A stretch of DNA of 64,000 nucleotides from Elusimicrobiota bacterium (GCA_043811535.1 JBDRNC010000028.1:32001-96000), one strand, 5' to 3'; shown: positions 46,251-57,011, counted from the stretch's first letter. Notes: a model not told the origin generated them from the sequence alone. Numbers and translations are program-made.

Positions 46251-48227
46251 ATGAATATTATTGAACTCAAGGATATCACCAAGACATATTACATGGGCGC
46301 GCTGGACGTTCCTGTCCTGCATGGCATCTCCCTTAATATCCAGCAGGGCGAATTCATCGCCATAATGGGGCCCTCGGGTAGCGGAAAATCCACGCTTCTT
46401 CACATACTCGGCCTCCTTGACAAACCGTCGGGGGGCTCTTTCGTTCTCGCCAACCAGGAAACCGCCAACCTGTCGGATTCCCAACTGGCAACTATCAGGA
46501 ACGGTTTTCTCGGATTCATTTTCCAGAGTTTCAATCTCCTCCCAAGGATGTCCGCTCTGGAAAACGTTTTGATGCCGCTTGTTTATTCCGATGACAGAAA
46601 AGCAAAAACGGGCGGCGGGAAAAAAGCACTGGAATTGCTTGAAAAAGTCGGGCTGAAAGACAGGATAGCGCACAAGCCCAACGAACTTTCCGGGGGCCAG
46701 CAGCAGAGAGTGGCTATAGCCCGTTCGTTAATAAATAATCCCTCTATAATAATGGCTGACGAACCGACCGGCAATCTTGACAGTAAATCAGCATTTGAGA
46801 TAATAGAAATCCTGAAAAAACTTAACGACTCCGGCATAACCATAGTGATGGTGACGCACGAGCCGGACCTTGCCCAGGCCGCTAAAAGGATAATCCGCCT
46901 GCAGGACGGGCTTGTTATCGCCGATGAAACCGTGACAAAGCACGTCGTTCCAAAGCATCCGGAAAAAACCTCGGGCATCAACGGCTCCGTCGTCCACAAA
47001 ATCTTCAATTTCAGAAGGGTCAGGGATTATTTCGTCCAGGCGATACGCGCGCTTTTTTCTAATAAAACGCGCTCGCTGCTTTCCATACTCGGCGTACTCA
47101 TAGGCGTCACGGGCCTAATCGCGATGCTCGCGCTGGGCCAGGGGGCCCAGGAAGCGACGCGCAAGCAGATGGCAAACCTCGGCTCCAACATACTGATGAT
47201 ATCCCCGGGCTCTCCTTCAATGGGCGGTATATCCATGGAAAGCGGCTCAAGGATACGGTTCACGCTTGAAGACGCCGACGCGGTTAAAAGAAACGTTAAC
47301 GGCATTTCATACGTATCCCCCTATTCTTCCGGGCGCGGACAGGTCGTTTTCGGCTCAAAGAACCGGAACACGCGCATAGAAGGGACTTCCCCCGACTACC
47401 AGTACATGAAAAACGCAAAACCGGCGCGGGGAAGGTTCTTTACCGCGAACGAAACGATAAGCCGCGCCAAGGTCGCAGTTGTGGGACAGACTATCGTCGA
47501 TGAAATCTTCGGAGAAAAAGACCCGCTTGGCGAGTTCATCAAGATCAATCGCATTGATTTTCAGGTTATCGGCGTTCTGCCGGTAAAAGGCTCTTCCGGG
47601 TGGCGCAACGAGGACGACAAGATAAACATACCTGTCAATACCGCCATGTACCGCGTGTTCGGCAAGCCGTATATCGACTCGATGGACGTTCAGGTCTCCG
47701 ACGCTAACCTCATGGACCAGGCAAGCTACGACATCACGCAGCTGCTTCTCCGCCTTCACCGCCTCTCTCCGGCAAGAACTGAATCTATAAACATCCACAA
47801 CATGGCCGATATACAGGCGACCGTCGCCGCCACAATGAAGACGTTCTCTTTCCTGCTCGGCGGAATAGCGTTCATCAGCCTGCTTGTCGGCGGAATAGGC
47901 ATAATGAACATCATGCTGGTTTCCGTCACAGAAAGGACTAAAGAAATCGGCCTGCGCAAAGCGGTCGGCGCGAATAATAATGATATAATGTTCCAGTTCG
48001 TCATAGAATCGGTCGCAATATGCGTGCTCGGAGGCATTATAGGGATCCTTTTAGGCTCGGGAATATCGGTACTGCTCGCGGTCTTCGCGGGCTGGAAAAC
48101 CGTCGTTACAATGCCGTCCGTCCTGCTAGCTTTTACATTTTCCGCGCTCATAGGGCTGGTCTTCGGCACCTGGCCCGCCAAGAAGGCGTCGCAATTGAAT
48201 CCGATAGAAGCGCTTCGTTACGAATAA
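46251..48227 (+). CDS. macB: MacB-type ABC transporter ATPase-permease fusion
   Basis: GPSGSGKST, LSGGQQQRVAIAR, DEPTGNLD, GGIGIMNIMLVSVTERTKEIG. Confidence 0.92.
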   Translation: MNIIELKDITKTYYMGALDVPVLHGISLNIQQGEFIAIMGPSGSGKSTLLHILGLLDKPSGGSFVLANQETANLSDSQLATIRNGFLGFIFQSFNLLPRMSALENVLMPLVYSDDRKAKTGGGKKALELLEKVGLKDRIAHKPNELSGGQQQRVAIARSLINNPSIIMADEPTGNLDSKSAFEIIEILKKLNDSGITIVMVTHEPDLAQAAKRIIRLQDGLVIADETVTKHVVPKHPEKTSGINGSVVHKIFNFRRVRDYFVQAIRALFSNKTRSLLSILGVLIGVTGLIAMLALGQGAQEATRKQMANLGSNILMISPGSPSMGGISMESGSRIRFTLEDADAVKRNVNGISYVSPYSSGRGQVVFGSKNRNTRIEGTSPDYQYMKNAKPARGRFFTANETISRAKVAVVGQTIVDEIFGEKDPLGEFIKINRIDFQVIGVLPVKGSSGWRNEDDKINIPVNTAMYRVFGKPYIDSMDVQVSDANLMDQASYDITQLLLRLHRLSPARTESINIHNMADIQATVAATMKTFSFLLGGIAFISLLVGGIGIMNIMLVSVTERTKEIGLRKAVGANNNDIMFQFVIESVAICVLGGIIGILLGSGISVLLAVFAGWKTVVTMPSVLLAFTFSALIGLVFGTWPAKKASQLNPIEALRYE

Positions 48228-48239
48228 ATTCGGGACTAG

Positions 48240-48306
48240 TATCTCGCATCTCGTATCTCGCAAAAACAAACCACGAACGACGAGATGCGATGAACGAGAT
48301 ACGATA
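48240..48306. repeat. Heptamer (ATCTCGT/ACGAGAT) inverted-array hairpin
   Basis: tatctcgcatctcgtatctcg ... cgacgagatgcg...acgagatacgat. Confidence 0.7.
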
Positions 48307-48311
48307 TTTAA

Positions 48312-49520
48312 ATGAACCATCTATTAAAATCCTTCAGCCAGAGAAACTACCGGCTGTTTTTTTTCAGCGGCGCTGTTTCGCTCACGGGCGCGTGGATGCA
48401 GATGACCGCCATGCCCTGGCTGGTTTACCGCCTCACGAATTCCGCCCTGATACTGGGCCTGATAGGGTTCCTGAGCCAGATATTTATCCTTCTGCTATCG
48501 CCGGTGGCCGGAACTATCGCCGACCACTATGACAAGAAAAAACTGCTTACTCTGACACAGACTCTCGCGATGGTCCAGGCACTCATTCTCGCGGCGCTCG
48601 TTCTGTCCGGAACTGTCAGGCTCTGGCATATAATCGTGCTTGCAACCTTGCTGGGGCTGATAAACGCTTTTGACATGCCGATAAGGCAGTCATTTGTCGT
48701 ACAGCTTGTCGGCAGGGAAAACCTGATGAACGCGATAGGCCTTAACTCCTTTCTTTTCAACGGAGCGCGCATAGTCGGCCCCGCGATAGCCGGAATAATA
48801 ATCGCGGGAGCAGGCGAAGGCATGTGTTTTCTGATAAACGGACTGAGTTTTATCGCCGTTATTGCCGCTTTGTTCTTTATAAAACCCCTGCCCATGCGGA
48901 ACAGCGCAGACAATCAGGGGATTTTCGATAAGTTTATATCGGGTTTTAAATATGTGAGGCACTCCGCGGATATACTCCCCCTGCTTGTGCTTCTTTCAAT
49001 AACCGGCCTTACGGGCATGTTCCCGATGATTCTCATGCCCGTCATAATAAAGGACATCTTCATGATGGATGCTTCGGGCCTCGGGCTTTTTATGTCCGCA
49101 ATGGGAGTCGGCGCTTTGATAGGCACGGTTAAAGTCGCGTCAAGAAAATCGATGGACAGGATAAAAAACTCCATCTTTACGGCGGCCGTGGCTTTTGCCG
49201 CGCTGATAACGGCGTTCGCTTTCGTTGATTTTGTCCCTATCGCGCTCATTCTGCTCGTGGCCATGGGTTATTTCATCTCGACTCAGATGGCGCTGACAAA
49301 CACTTTCGTTCAGATGGCCGTAACGGACGAGATGCGCGGAAGGGTCATGGGATTTTTCGTGACCGCTTTCATGGGATTCGCGCCGATAGGCAGTTTATTC
49401 GCCGGGGCGCTCGCGCATTCCTTCGGGGCGCCGGCCACGATGGCGTCAGGCGGTGTCATTAGCGTGGCGGCTGCGTTCATGCTTCGGAAAAGAATATTTA
49501 AGTATGAAGTGAAAATATAA
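48312..49520 (+). CDS. MFS transporter (MFS_3-like)
   Basis: RNYRLFF, GAWMQ, AFDMPIRQSFV, ARIVGPAIAG, EMRGRV. Confidence 0.9.
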   Translation: MNHLLKSFSQRNYRLFFFSGAVSLTGAWMQMTAMPWLVYRLTNSALILGLIGFLSQIFILLLSPVAGTIADHYDKKKLLTLTQTLAMVQALILAALVLSGTVRLWHIIVLATLLGLINAFDMPIRQSFVVQLVGRENLMNAIGLNSFLFNGARIVGPAIAGIIIAGAGEGMCFLINGLSFIAVIAALFFIKPLPMRNSADNQGIFDKFISGFKYVRHSADILPLLVLLSITGLTGMFPMILMPVIIKDIFMMDASGLGLFMSAMGVGALIGTVKVASRKSMDRIKNSIFTAAVAFAALITAFAFVDFVPIALILLVAMGYFISTQMALTNTFVQMAVTDEMRGRVMGFFVTAFMGFAPIGSLFAGALAHSFGAPATMASGGVISVAAAFMLRKRIFKYEVKI

Positions 49521-49648
49521 ACACTAATTTCTAAATACTAAATAAATCTAAAATAACAAATTCAAATTTCAAATATAGACAATGTATTATTATTTAAATA
49601 TTAGTATTTTGAATTTATTAGTATTTAGTGTTTTAAGCTTAGTATTTG
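49520..49648. repeat. AT-rich heptamer (AAATACT/AGTATTT) inverted-array hairpin
   Basis: cactaatttctaaatactaaat...ttcaaatttcaaat ... atttaaatattagtattttgaatttattagtatttagtg. Confidence 0.7.
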
Positions 49649-49658
49649 TTTTATTATT

Positions 49659-50786
49659 ATGCATAAACCTCATTTTTTCATCATCTTCATAGCGATTGCC
49701 TCGTCCATATACGTGGCTCTGCATTACTACGTCTACAGCCGGATATCGTCAGGCCTCGGGATGACGCCCCAGCAGTCTCTGATTTTCAAGATGTTCATTT
49801 ATTTCGGCGCTGTTTCGTTCTTTGCTTCCGAGTTCTTCTCAAGGCGCGTCACAGGCCAGTGGGCCGAGGTCGTCTCCTGGGCGGGTTTTGTCTGGCTCGG
49901 AATTATTTCCATCGCCTTTACTGTCCTTATTCTCCGCGACATTTCCCTGATATTCTTCCATTCAAACGGCTTTAAACATATATCTGCGTTAATTGCCTTG
50001 TCTTTAATCTGTTTAATCAGCGTTTATTCATTATGGAACGGCGGTAGGGCGCCGGTTGTCAAAACATTAGAGGTCAAGACCGCGAAACTCCCCGCAAAAC
50101 TTAACGGATTCACTGTTGTCCAGCTGTCAGACCTGCACATAGACCTTCAAACACCGCTTTGGTGGGTAAAGGATGTGGTAAAGCGCGCTAACGAGCTCAA
50201 CCCGGACCTTATTGTCATAACAGGCGACATCATTGACGCGGATCTTTTCAGAAAGAAAGAATATCTGCTTGCCCTGCAGGAACTGAAGGCCAAACACGGC
50301 GTAATCGCGACTACAGGCAATCATGAATTTTACGTCGGCGTTGAAAAATTCATGCAGGTCGCCGCCTATACGGGAATGACCGCTTTAAGAGGCGAAAGCG
50401 TGACCGTCGCCGACGGCATCGTTATTGTCACGGGTATTGACGATACGGAAGCCGAAAGGTTTGACAAGGCGAAACGAAGCCTGAAAAAAGCCCTCTATTA
50501 CCCGGAACTGGACAGGACAAAACCAATAATCCTGCTCTCGCACAGGCCGGATATATTTGACGAAGCGGTTGTCGAAGGCATTGATCTCACGCTTTCCGGC
50601 CACACCCACTGGGGGCAAATACCGCCGGCTGATTTGTTTGTCACATTATTCGAGAAATACTCCGTGGGCTATCACAAAAAAGGCGACTCCGTCATCTATA
50701 CAACCTCGGGAACCGGCACGTGGGGCCCGCCGATGCGGTTGTTTTCGCGGAACGAAATTGTTAAAATTGTACTGAAAAATAAGTAA
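49659..50786 (+). CDS. Membrane-anchored metallophosphoesterase (YkuE-like)
   Basis: SDLH, TGD, GNHE, LSHRP, SGHTHWGQ, GTWGPPMR. Confidence 0.92.
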   Translation: MHKPHFFIIFIAIASSIYVALHYYVYSRISSGLGMTPQQSLIFKMFIYFGAVSFFASEFFSRRVTGQWAEVVSWAGFVWLGIISIAFTVLILRDISLIFFHSNGFKHISALIALSLICLISVYSLWNGGRAPVVKTLEVKTAKLPAKLNGFTVVQLSDLHIDLQTPLWWVKDVVKRANELNPDLIVITGDIIDADLFRKKEYLLALQELKAKHGVIATTGNHEFYVGVEKFMQVAAYTGMTALRGESVTVADGIVIVTGIDDTEAERFDKAKRSLKKALYYPELDRTKPIILLSHRPDIFDEAVVEGIDLTLSGHTHWGQIPPADLFVTLFEKYSVGYHKKGDSVIYTTSGTGTWGPPMRLFSRNEIVKIVLKNK

Positions 50787-50790
50787 AAGG

Positions 50791-50892
50791 CATGGCTAAA
50801 TAGCTTAATTGCTAAATTGCCAAAGACTTTAACCATTTAGCCATTCAGCAGTTTAGCCATGGTGTTATAATTTATTAGCCATATAGCAATTT
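50791..50892. mobile_element. Octamer-array element copy
   Basis: gcttaattgctaaattgccaaagactttaaccatttagccattcagcagtttagccatggtgttataatttattagc is identical to 17699-17775. Confidence 0.88.
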
Positions 50893-50895
50893 AAT

Positions 50896-52140
50896 ATGAA
50901 ACATATCATTTACGCATTTATCATCTCGGCCGCGATATCGCTTCCCTGTTTTGCGGAAACCGGCGGCACGCCGCTCACACTTGGGCGGTGTATTTCCCTC
51001 GCCCAAAAGGAAAGCGAAGGCCTTGCTATCCAGCGCGAAAGACAGGACCAGGCCGCGCAGAGAGTGAAGCAGGCAAGGGGCGGGATGCTCCCGAATTTGA
51101 AGTTCAAATACCAGAAGACATACAGGGACACCGTTGACGGCGCCTACACTACCGACCTCAATGATTCAAAAATAGCGCTGAGCCAGCCGCTTTTCTCCGG
51201 ATTCAGCAAAAAATCCTCGCTTGATTTCTCAAAAAATGAGGTTCAGAAAGAAAGCCTGAATTACGAAAGCTCGGCCAGGGATTTAAAGGCGGACGTGACG
51301 TGGACCTTCTATTCAGTCGCGCAGATCGACGGCGACATCGCTAACATCAAGAACACCAGGCAGTTGATGGAAGAAAGGCGCAGCGAACTGCTTGAAAGAG
51401 TGCGGCTCGGCAAGTCCAGGAACAGCGAAATCCTCGTGCTTGAGTCCCAGATAGCCACGCTTTCCGCGCAGGAAGAAAAGGCGCGCGCCGACCGCGCCAT
51501 AGCGGTTGAAACGCTCGCTTATCTGATCGGGTCTGACCCGGCAGGCCTTGCCGTTGCCGATGACACGCCCGCTCCCGGTCCGGCGGAGCCACTGGAAAAA
51601 TATCTTGAATCCGCTAAAAACAGGTCCGATATCGAGGCTGAAAAAAGAAATGTTTTATCCCAGCAATATAAAGTAGCCGTCGCCCGCGGCTCGCTGCTCC
51701 CGACCCTGAACCTTGACGGTTCATGGTACACCCAGCGCAGCGGCTCCATGTCAGACAGCAAGTGGGACGCGGTGTTTTCACTCGACGTGCCCCTGTTCCA
51801 GGGCGGAACGGCGCGCGGAAAAACTGACGAAGAGCTTTCCCGCCTCCGCGAGTATGAGGCCGGCCTCTCGCGCATAACGCGGGAAGTTGACACTGAGATC
51901 AGAAAACTATACCGGTCTGCCGTTTCTTCCGTAAATCAGGCGTCGGCTTATTCTGACGCCTTCGATAAGTCCGGAAAAAGCTACCAGATGCAGGTTAACG
52001 ACTACCGCTTCGGCCTTGTGAACAATCTTGACATCATTCAGTTCATGATAGTGATGCTGGATACCAAGAAAAACCTCGACCGCGCCCTTATACAATCAAA
52101 ACTTGACAGGGCGCTGCTGGAAATAGAAGCAGGCAGATAA
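50896..52140 (+). CDS. TolC family outer-membrane efflux protein
   Basis: Signal peptide, OEP repeats, LDVPLFQGG. Confidence 0.88.
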   Translation: MKHIIYAFIISAAISLPCFAETGGTPLTLGRCISLAQKESEGLAIQRERQDQAAQRVKQARGGMLPNLKFKYQKTYRDTVDGAYTTDLNDSKIALSQPLFSGFSKKSSLDFSKNEVQKESLNYESSARDLKADVTWTFYSVAQIDGDIANIKNTRQLMEERRSELLERVRLGKSRNSEILVLESQIATLSAQEEKARADRAIAVETLAYLIGSDPAGLAVADDTPAPGPAEPLEKYLESAKNRSDIEAEKRNVLSQQYKVAVARGSLLPTLNLDGSWYTQRSGSMSDSKWDAVFSLDVPLFQGGTARGKTDEELSRLREYEAGLSRITREVDTEIRKLYRSAVSSVNQASAYSDAFDKSGKSYQMQVNDYRFGLVNNLDIIQFMIVMLDTKKNLDRALIQSKLDRALLEIEAGR

Positions 52141-52146
52141 TTATTC

Positions 52147-52238
52147 TGTCATTGCAAGGAGGTCGCCGCGGCGACCGACGAAGCAATCTCAGCGCTAATA
52201 ACAGGGATTGCCGCGCTCCTTTCAGTCGCTCGCAATGA
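52147..52238. repeat. REP/RPE-like palindromic element
   Basis: gtcattgc...gaagcaatctc...gggattgccgcg...cgctcgcaatga nested inverted repeats. Confidence 0.7.
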
Positions 52239-52258
52239 AAAAGTGTTAAAGGAAACAT

Positions 52259-55200
52259 ATGTCCCTATCCGACAGTTCGATTAAAAATCCCGTATTCGCA
52301 TGGATGCTGCTTATTGGCATCGTGGCTTTCGGCATTCTCGCCTTCTGGCGGCTCGGCCTGAGCCAGCTTCCGGACGTTGATATGCCGGTAATTAACGTTT
52401 CCGTTAACTGGGAAGGCGCGTCTGCCGAGGTTGTGGAAACGGAAATAACCGATGCTCTGGAAGAGGCTGTTCTGGGTGTCCAGGGCGTGCAGGAAGTCAC
52501 GTCTACGTCGCGGAAAGGCCACGCAAACGTGACCGTGCAGTTCGATATAAGCAAAAACGTGGATACCGCGCTCCAGGAAATACAAAGCCGCATCGCCCGT
52601 GCCCAGCACGACCTGCCGCGCGACATAGATCCGCCTTTCATATCAAAATCCAATCCCGAAGACCAGCCGATATTATGGATAACGCTTTCCGGCGACAGGC
52701 CGATGAAAGAAATGATGATGTATACCCGCAATGTCCTGAAAGACCAATTTTCAACCATCGACGGCGTCGGAGAGATATCGCTCGGCGGTTTCATGGAACC
52801 GAATCTCCGCGTCTGGCTGGATGCGGACAAGATGCGCGAAAAGGAATTGACCGTGGACGACGTCGCATCCGCTATTTCGACCGAGCATTCGGAAGTCCCC
52901 GCGGGATATATTGATACCGGAAAAAAGGAAATGAACATCCGCGTGGCGGGCGAAGCCGAAACAGTGGATGAGTTTACTTCGATAATAATCCCGGCGCGCA
53001 GGGGCTCGCCGCTTTGGAAGACCTTCCGCATAGGCGACGTGGCCCGGGTTGAGGACGGAACCGAGGATGTCCGCCGCATTTCGCGGGCGAGCGGCAAGCT
53101 CGCGGTAAGCATAGGAATCCGCAAACAGCGCGGGACGAATTCCGTCAAAATAGCGAAAGAGGTAAGGGCAAAGCTCGGCGACATGCAGAAATACCTGCCC
53201 GACGGAATGAGCCTGGACATACGCTTCGATTCGACAAGATTCATAGAAGACTCCATGCATGAGATGTACTTTATATTAATACTCTCGGTTCTGCTGACCG
53301 GCACGGTCTGCTGGCTTTTTCTCGGATCGTTCAGTTCGGCTTTAAACGTCTTTCTTACCATACCGATGTCGCTGTGCGGGGCCTTTTTTGTTATTTATAT
53401 CATGGGTTTCACCCTCAACACATTCACATTGCTGGGGCTATCCCTTGTTGTCGGCATCGTGGTTGACGACGCTATAATGATGCTTGAAAACATAGTCCGG
53501 CACCGGGAATCCGGGGAAACGCGCGTGAAAGCCGCGATAAAAGGAGCGCGCGAGATCACGTTCGCCGCCATAGCGGCGTCTGTGGCGATTCTTGCCATTT
53601 TCATCCCGGTTATCTTCATGAGCGGCGTGATAGGAAGGTACTTTTTCCAGTTCGGCGTGACCATCTCGGTCGCCGTCGCCGTCTCCCTTCTCGGCGCACT
53701 GACGCTTACGCCGATGTTCTGCGCGCAGTTCCTTTCAAGCGGCCACACGACCGGGATCGGAAAGGCGATGGACAGCCTCATGAACACGCTGCGCGAAAAA
53801 TACAGGATACTGCTCGCGTGGTGCCTGAAACGCCGCTGGCAGGTAATAATCACGGCATTGCTATTGTTTTGCGGTTCGCTGTTCCTGTTCAAGACGGTCC
53901 GGCAGGAATTCGTCCCGGCCCAGGACCTGGGAATGCTGTCTGTCCGCATGCAGACCAAACCCGGCACTTCTCTGGAAATAACTGACGGGATTTTCAAGCA
54001 GGCCGAACAGATCCTGTCCAAGATGCCGTTCGTTGACAGTTATTTTGATTTTATCGGCGGTTCATCGGGAAATATAATGGTATCGCTGAAAAAACTGAAT
54101 GACCGCCCGGTAGATCCTAAGAAAAAACGGCCGCTCACCCAGCAGGAACTCATGCCTGTGCTGCGCAAGGCCCTGAAAGATATTCCCGGTACCGATAAGG
54201 TTGTGGTGCAGGATCCGTCGCTGCTTGGGCTTTCCGCCCGCCGCGGATATCCGATAGAGTTCACTATAGGCGGCCCGGACTGGGAAAAGCTGATAGAGTA
54301 CAGCGGCGTCATCGAAAAGGAAATAAACGATACGGGGCTTATGACCGACATTGACTCCGATTATGACCAGGGCCCGCCCGAACTTCAGGTCCTGCCGGAC
54401 CGGAAGAAAGCCGCGGAACGCGGCGTAAGCATCTCCGTCATCGGAAAAACCATAAACGCGCTGATAGGCGGTACGCGCGCGGGGAAGTACACCCATGACG
54501 GCCGGCGCTACGACATCCGGCTCCAGCTGGTATCCAAGGACCGCAGCCGTCCCGACGACATCAGCAAGATATGGGTCCGCAACAACCGCGGCGAGATAAT
54601 TCGGCTTTCGGATGTGGTCACGATATCCGAAAAACCCGCGCAATTGTCAATCACGCGGAAGAACCGCGAGCGCGCCATAAGAATGTTCGCCAATGTCGTG
54701 ACCGGCAAATCGCAGGCGGCGGCGCTGGAAAAAGTCCGGCAAATAGGCAAAAAGACGCTGCCTGAGGGGTACAGGCTCGTTTTCTCCGGAAGCGCCCAGA
54801 CATTTCAGGAATCATTCAACAGTTTATATCTCGTGCTGTTCCTCGGCATTTTCGTGGCGTACATGGTGCTGGGCACCCAGTTCAACAGTTTTGTCCATCC
54901 GTTCACGGTGCTGCTCGCCCTGCCGTTCAGCATATCGGGCGCTCTGCTCGCGCTTGAAATTACCGGCCGCTCATTGAATATCTACAGCGCTATCGGGTTG
55001 ATACTGCTGATGGGCATAGTCAAGAAAAACTCCATACTGCTTGTGGATTTCACCAACCGCCGGCGCGACGAGGGCATGGCAGTCAACGATGCTCTTCTTA
55101 ACGCCTGTCCCATACGGCTCCGCCCGATACTCATGACTTCCATCGCGACGATCTCGGCCGCCGTGCCTCCCGCGCTCGCTCTGGGGCCGGGAGCCGAAAC

Positions 55201-55360
55201 CCGCATCCCGATGGCTGTCGTCGTCATAGGCGGCGTCATGCTTTCAACGTTGTTGACATTATTCGTAGTTCCGTGCGTTTACAGTTTGGTTTCAAAACTT
55301 GAAAGCGTTAAGCACAGAAAAGATGTCCGCGACGCGCTGGGCGAACTCGCTAAATCGTGA
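52259..55360 (+). CDS. RND efflux permease
   Basis: VGIVVDDAIMMLENI, GIVKKNSILLVDF, RLRPILMT. Confidence 0.95.
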   Translation: MSLSDSSIKNPVFAWMLLIGIVAFGILAFWRLGLSQLPDVDMPVINVSVNWEGASAEVVETEITDALEEAVLGVQGVQEVTSTSRKGHANVTVQFDISKNVDTALQEIQSRIARAQHDLPRDIDPPFISKSNPEDQPILWITLSGDRPMKEMMMYTRNVLKDQFSTIDGVGEISLGGFMEPNLRVWLDADKMREKELTVDDVASAISTEHSEVPAGYIDTGKKEMNIRVAGEAETVDEFTSIIIPARRGSPLWKTFRIGDVARVEDGTEDVRRISRASGKLAVSIGIRKQRGTNSVKIAKEVRAKLGDMQKYLPDGMSLDIRFDSTRFIEDSMHEMYFILILSVLLTGTVCWLFLGSFSSALNVFLTIPMSLCGAFFVIYIMGFTLNTFTLLGLSLVVGIVVDDAIMMLENIVRHRESGETRVKAAIKGAREITFAAIAASVAILAIFIPVIFMSGVIGRYFFQFGVTISVAVAVSLLGALTLTPMFCAQFLSSGHTTGIGKAMDSLMNTLREKYRILLAWCLKRRWQVIITALLLFCGSLFLFKTVRQEFVPAQDLGMLSVRMQTKPGTSLEITDGIFKQAEQILSKMPFVDSYFDFIGGSSGNIMVSLKKLNDRPVDPKKKRPLTQQELMPVLRKALKDIPGTDKVVVQDPSLLGLSARRGYPIEFTIGGPDWEKLIEYSGVIEKEINDTGLMTDIDSDYDQGPPELQVLPDRKKAAERGVSISVIGKTINALIGGTRAGKYTHDGRRYDIRLQLVSKDRSRPDDISKIWVRNNRGEIIRLSDVVTISEKPAQLSITRKNRERAIRMFANVVTGKSQAAALEKVRQIGKKTLPEGYRLVFSGSAQTFQESFNSLYLVLFLGIFVAYMVLGTQFNSFVHPFTVLLALPFSISGALLALEITGRSLNIYSAIGLILLMGIVKKNSILLVDFTNRRRDEGMAVNDALLNACPIRLRPILMTSIATISAAVPPALALGPGAETRIPMAVVVIGGVMLSTLLTLFVVPCVYSLVSKLESVKHRKDVRDALGELAKS

Positions 55361-55403
55361 TTTCGCAAGGTTTATCCTAATATCAAACCCTAGAGTTTTC
55401 AAA

Positions 55404-57011
55404 ATGACTTTCCGCTATAAATTATCCCTGATAATTTTCGGCATTGTTCTCGGTTTGCTGCTTTTGGAAACAGCCGCGCAGCTAATCAAGGGCACTCCGC
55501 CGCCCCTTGACACGGATAAGACCTTTGCCACATATACCTATGTAGACATCTACAAGGACTTCTTCAAGCTTGACAGGTCAAAAGGCATGTACAGGAACGC
55601 CCGCTGGCGCTCAAAACCCTCCGAATTCCCGGATTTCAAGAGATTCAATGAGAAAAGGGTTTTCATTATCGGGGAATCCGTCGCGTTTTATTTTCAGGAC
55701 CAATTCCTATTGGAAAAGCTTAAAATCATCGCCCCGCAGTATGACTGGAAAGTAATCAACTGCGGCATGTCTTCATACGACAGCTACAGGATCGGGATTG
55801 TTTTCAAAGAGATCGTAAAATACGAGCCTGATCTCGTTATTATCATGAACGGCAACAATGTCGGGCTGGTCAACCCGGTAAAGATCAATCATTGGATCTA
55901 CAAATACAGGGTGCTTGCAAGATTTTGGGTCACAAGGGCCGTGACGAATTTTCTGAATCCCCCTGTTTCCCTCAAAAAAGCGGAATTGGACGAATTATTC
56001 AGGAAAAATATGTCCGAAATAGCCGCAGCGGCCAAAAAACGCGGTATTCCGCTCGCGCTGTTCACTCTCCCTCTCAATCACCATCTTCCGGTAGAAATGA
56101 CCGCTTATGAAAATCATGAATTTTTTTCAGCGCTGTGGCTCATTGACAAGAATCCTAAAAAAGCGATAGAACTTTTCGAAAAAATCCGGACTCCTGAAAA
56201 CAGGTACTGCTGGTTCCTGGCCAGGTCATACGAGAAACTGGGACAGCCTTTAAAAGCGGAACAATATTACCGTGAAAATATTGACAAGCTTCATTATGAA
56301 GTAAACGAAATAATCAGGGAAATCGCCGAGGGCGATCCCTCTGTACTTGTTGTTGACTATGCGAAGTATGTACTGGAAAAGACCCGCGATAATCCCGGCT
56401 TCGAAGTATTTTTTGATGAATGCCATTTCTGGCCTATCTTGAATTATCCCGTGGCCGAGCAGATAATCGAGTGTGTTTACGGTCATAACCTGAAATTCAA
56501 CACCTCCATACTTTTCAAGCCGCAGGAAGCGGATTTTGAAAAATTCAAAAGCACTCTTACGGACTGGAACGGACTGCTGAAAGACAACATGAAACTTATT
56601 GAAACGCAAAAGGAATATTGCTTCTATCAATTCATCCATGAACTTACAAAACCGAGTTGGGACCGCAACGTGAATTCCAATCAGATATGCGGCTACTACT
56701 ACAAGTTTATTCCGAATTTCTTTGAAGATTTTATCAACTACGCGCCGAAATCGCTGGACAACATGGATTATGCTCTGTCGCGCGTAGGAGAAACGCTTAA
56801 AGAACACAATAATTACGAAAAGGCACGGTTTTATTTCTCAAAATCAATAGCTCAGAATCCGGAACTCGCATTGACATACATGTTCAGGGGGCTGTGTTAT
56901 TACGACATGGGGAATAAAGAAATCGCTGACATGGATTTTGCCACGCTTAAAATGAAAGACAATAGATTTGAATGGCTTAATTCCGCCTATCTCGATTCCC
57001 TTTTGAAATAA
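55404..57011 (+). CDS. Membrane-anchored SGNH/GDSL-like protein with TPR repeats
   Basis: TM LLLETAAQL, IIGES, VINCG, GNN, DECH; C-terminal TPR; start moved to ATG 55404. Confidence 0.7.
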   Translation: MTFRYKLSLIIFGIVLGLLLLETAAQLIKGTPPPLDTDKTFATYTYVDIYKDFFKLDRSKGMYRNARWRSKPSEFPDFKRFNEKRVFIIGESVAFYFQDQFLLEKLKIIAPQYDWKVINCGMSSYDSYRIGIVFKEIVKYEPDLVIIMNGNNVGLVNPVKINHWIYKYRVLARFWVTRAVTNFLNPPVSLKKAELDELFRKNMSEIAAAAKKRGIPLALFTLPLNHHLPVEMTAYENHEFFSALWLIDKNPKKAIELFEKIRTPENRYCWFLARSYEKLGQPLKAEQYYRENIDKLHYEVNEIIREIAEGDPSVLVVDYAKYVLEKTRDNPGFEVFFDECHFWPILNYPVAEQIIECVYGHNLKFNTSILFKPQEADFEKFKSTLTDWNGLLKDNMKLIETQKEYCFYQFIHELTKPSWDRNVNSNQICGYYYKFIPNFFEDFINYAPKSLDNMDYALSRVGETLKEHNNYEKARFYFSKSIAQNPELALTYMFRGLCYYDMGNKEIADMDFATLKMKDNRFEWLNSAYLDSLLK

